From Gemmatimonadales bacterium (GTDB lineage Bacteria; Gemmatimonadota; Gemmatimonadetes; Gemmatimonadales; GWC2-71-9): a stretch of 64,000 nucleotides of DNA. The translations under genes and the position numbers were made by a program. Where the stretch lies: positions 1,050 through 65,049 of the forward strand of contig JBFJHJ010000015.1 in the NCBI GenBank assembly GCA_041613315.1, given 5' to 3'. Shown piece after piece: positions 62,167 to 64,000 of this stretch. The notes below the pieces were generated by a model. The model was not told where the DNA came from. It ran no database searches and was given only the letters and a program-made list of their open reading frames with translations. Positions within the stretch are counted from its first letter, which is position 1; each line of letters starts with the position of its first letter.

Positions 62167-62781
62167 TCAAGACGGCTTCTGGCCGTCCAGCTCTGAGCGG
62201 TGCTGAATCACCTTGTCGACGATGCCGTACTCCCGGGCTTCCTCCGCCGACATGAACCGGTCGCGGTCGATGTCATGCTCGATCTCGTCCACGGACTTGC
62301 CCGTGTGCTTGGCATACAGCTCGTTGAGCTTGTTCCGGAGATAGAGGATCTCCTTGGCCTGGATCTCGATGTCGGCGGCGGTGCCCTGGGCCCCGCCCGA
62401 CGGTTGATGCATCATGATCCGGGCATGGGGCAGCGCGGCCCGTTTGCCTTCGCGACCGGCGGCCAGCAGGAACGACCCGGCCGACGCGGCCATTCCCATG
62501 CAGATCGTGTTCACCGGTGCCTGGATGTGCTGCATCGTGTCGTAGATCGCGAAGGCGCTCGAGATGATCCCGCCCGGCGAGTTGACGTAGAGGTAAATGT
62601 CGCGCTCCGGATTGTCCGCCTCTAGGAACAACAGCTGCGCGATGATGACGTTCGAGACGTCGTCGTTGATGGGCGTGCCGAGAAACACGATCCGGTCCAT
62701 CAGGAGCCGGGAGAAGATGTCGTAGGTACGCTCACCGCGGCTCGAGCGCTCGATCACGTACGGCGGAAAGATGGTCGGCAT
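62167..62781 (-). CDS. clpP: ATP-dependent Clp protease proteolytic subunit
   Basis: [11 protein letters not shown]-type N-terminus ([12 protein letters not shown]), catalytic GMAASAG Ser and MIHQP-type His (MMHQP). Confidence 0.97.
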   Translation of the reverse strand: MPTIFPPYVIERSSRGERTYDIFSRLLMDRIVFLGTPINDDVSNVIIAQLLFLEADNPERDIYLYVNSPGGIISSAFAIYDTMQHIQAPVNTICMGMAASAGSFLLAAGREGKRAALPHARIMMHQPSGGAQGTAADIEIQAKEILYLRNKLNELYAKHTGKSVDEIEHDIDRDRFMSAEEAREYGIVDKVIQHRSELDGQKPS

Positions 62782-62807
62782 GTCTGGTACCCTATGGGTG
62801 ATGCGCC

Positions 62808-64000
62808 CTAGGCGTCGCTGATGGTGGACTGTTGGAGCAGGTGGCTGAACACCTTCTCTTCCGTGAGGTTCCGTTCGAGCTCGCGAAGCCGCCCGGCCTT
62901 CTGCAACGACGCGTAGACCTGCCCAGGCTCGGCGCCGCGGCGCTTCGCGATTTCTTCGACCCGGCGGTCCACGTCCTCTTCCGTTGCCAAGAGCTGCTCC
63001 CGATCGGCCACGTGGTCGATGACGAGATCCCGTTTCACCTGGCGCTCCGCCACGGGACCGAATTCCTGCGCGAACTGCTCGAGCTGTTCGTCCGGTACCT
63101 CGTAGGCCTGGCCGAACGCCTGGAGCACTCGCTGGACCATGGGCCGCGGGGCCTCGACCCGGTTCGCTTCGATGAGCTGGTCCACGAGTTGGCGCCGCAC
63201 GTCCGCATCGGCTTCCCGTCGGGCTTCGGCCTCGAGATCCTCCCGCACCGTGCGCCGCAGGTCGTCGAGGGAGTCGAAGTCGCCGAGCTCCCGGGCGGAC
63301 CCATCGTCCAGCGGCGGCAGCTCCTGGCGCTTGATCTCGTGAAGCGTGAGTCGGACGGCTCGGACCTGCCCCCGTTTCGATTCATCCTCGAAGTCGTCGG
63401 GGTAGCGGACCGTCGTGTCGACCGTCTGGCCGGGCGTGAGCCCCGCGAGCTGCTCTTCCAGGTCCGGGATCGCCTGCCCCGAGCCCAAGACGATCTGATA
63501 CTGCCGCGCGTCCTCCGCCTTCCCCGCGCCGGCCTCCCCCTCCCCCTCTTCCGTCGGCCTCGTCGCTATGCTCACGGCGACCAGCTCACCCGGTTGAGGG
63601 GTGCGGCCCTCCACGGGAACCCAGGGGGCCTTCTGCTTCCGAAGTTCATCGATCTGTTGCGTCACCATCTCGTCGGTCACGGGACGCTGCACGCGGGTGA
63701 GGCGGAAGCCGCCCAGCCGCTCGAGCGCGAGCTCCGGCTTCACCTCCACCAGCAACTCGAACGTGACGGGCGTGCCCTCTTCGAACTTGACGTCCCGCAC
63801 GCGTGGATCGGCGATCGGCCGGAGCGATTGGCGGTCCACGGCGGCCTTCCAGCTCTCGCCGATCAATTCACGGAGGACACTCTCCCGGATGGCGTCCCGG
63901 AACTGCTTCTTCACGATCGCGAGCGGTGCCTTTCCGGGGCGAAAGCCGGGCAGCTTGGCACGCTTGGCGTATTGGGACGTGGCCTTGGCCTCGGCCTGCC
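62808..64000 (-). CDS. tig: Trigger factor (5-prime end beyond the window)
   Basis: The reading frame stays open to position 64000 (upstream reads ...[20 protein letters not shown], the trigger-factor ribosome-binding domain region). The listed start at 63914 is an internal GTG. Canonical tig-clpP-clpX order. Confidence 0.9.
   Translation of the reverse strand, partial: QAEAKATSQYAKRAKLPGFRPGKAPLAIVKKQFRDAIRESVLRELIGESWKAAVDRQSLRPIADPRVRDVKFEEGTPVTFELLVEVKPELALERLGGFRLTRVQRPVTDEMVTQQIDELRKQKAPWVPVEGRTPQPGELVAVSIATRPTEEGEGEAGAGKAEDARQYQIVLGSGQAIPDLEEQLAGLTPGQTVDTTVRYPDDFEDESKRGQVRAVRLTLHEIKRQELPPLDDGSARELGDFDSLDDLRRTVREDLEAEARREADADVRRQLVDQLIEANRVEAPRPMVQRVLQAFGQAYEVPDEQLEQFAQEFGPVAERQVKRDLVIDHVADREQLLATEEDVDRRVEEIAKRRGAEPGQVYASLQKAGRLRELERNLTEEKVFSHLLQQSTISDA

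Noticed and set aside
1-64000. Mobile elements, prophage, defence islands (restriction-modification, toxin-antitoxin, CBASS-like, etc.)
   Set aside because: No integrase, transposase, phage structural, methyltransferase-nuclease pair or typical defence-domain proteins were recognised. Composition is uniform apart from the 190-nt island at 55852-56041.

Overview
High-GC (~70%) bacterial chromosomal window with about 60 tightly packed protein genes. I found no rRNA, tRNA, CRISPR array, transposase or integrase. The host looks diderm: there are porin-like barrels ending in aromatic residues, a lipobox signal peptide and several secreted proteins. Taxon cannot be fixed from the sequence alone.

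Most content is housekeeping: guaB, purD, mutM, glmM-glmS, dtd, maf, trpE, tig-clpP-clpX-engB, late menaquinone genes (ubiE/ubiD/ubiA/ubiX types), mscL, an Mrp/ApbC Fe-S carrier and an AGCS symporter. Many gene junctions are 4-17 nt overlaps (ATGA/GTGA), so long co-directional strings look translationally coupled.

The six-frame track is full of long antisense or out-of-frame ORFs typical of this GC content. Several real genes start well inside the listed ORFs: glmS, the M1 peptidase, the toastrack-like protein, the Cho-like nuclease, the ATP-grasp protein, the CaCA antiporter and the FHA-cyclase.

The candidates I rate most worth a second look are:
1. An overlap-coupled minus-strand string at 31567-35498: mutM, an ATP-grasp ligase, a protein with four zinc ribbons plus an HExxH metallopeptidase domain, and a Cho-like GIY-YIG nuclease.
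2. The only AT-rich island in the window (55852-56041). It carries a consensus-like sigma70 promoter and a Fur-type 7-1-7 palindrome in front of an operon encoding ApbE, a porin-like protein, a flavinylatable FMN_bind protein and a His-rich 4-TM protein.
3. A family of intergenic elements built from forward and inverted arrays of nnTCCGT heptamers, placed just after three stop codons.
4. An orphan GspE/PilB-type ATPase fused to a receiver domain, next to a hybrid histidine kinase.
5. An 817-aa HerA/DUF853-like ATPase with a coiled-coil and membrane tail.

All functional calls rest on motifs I recognised by eye. No database search was run.
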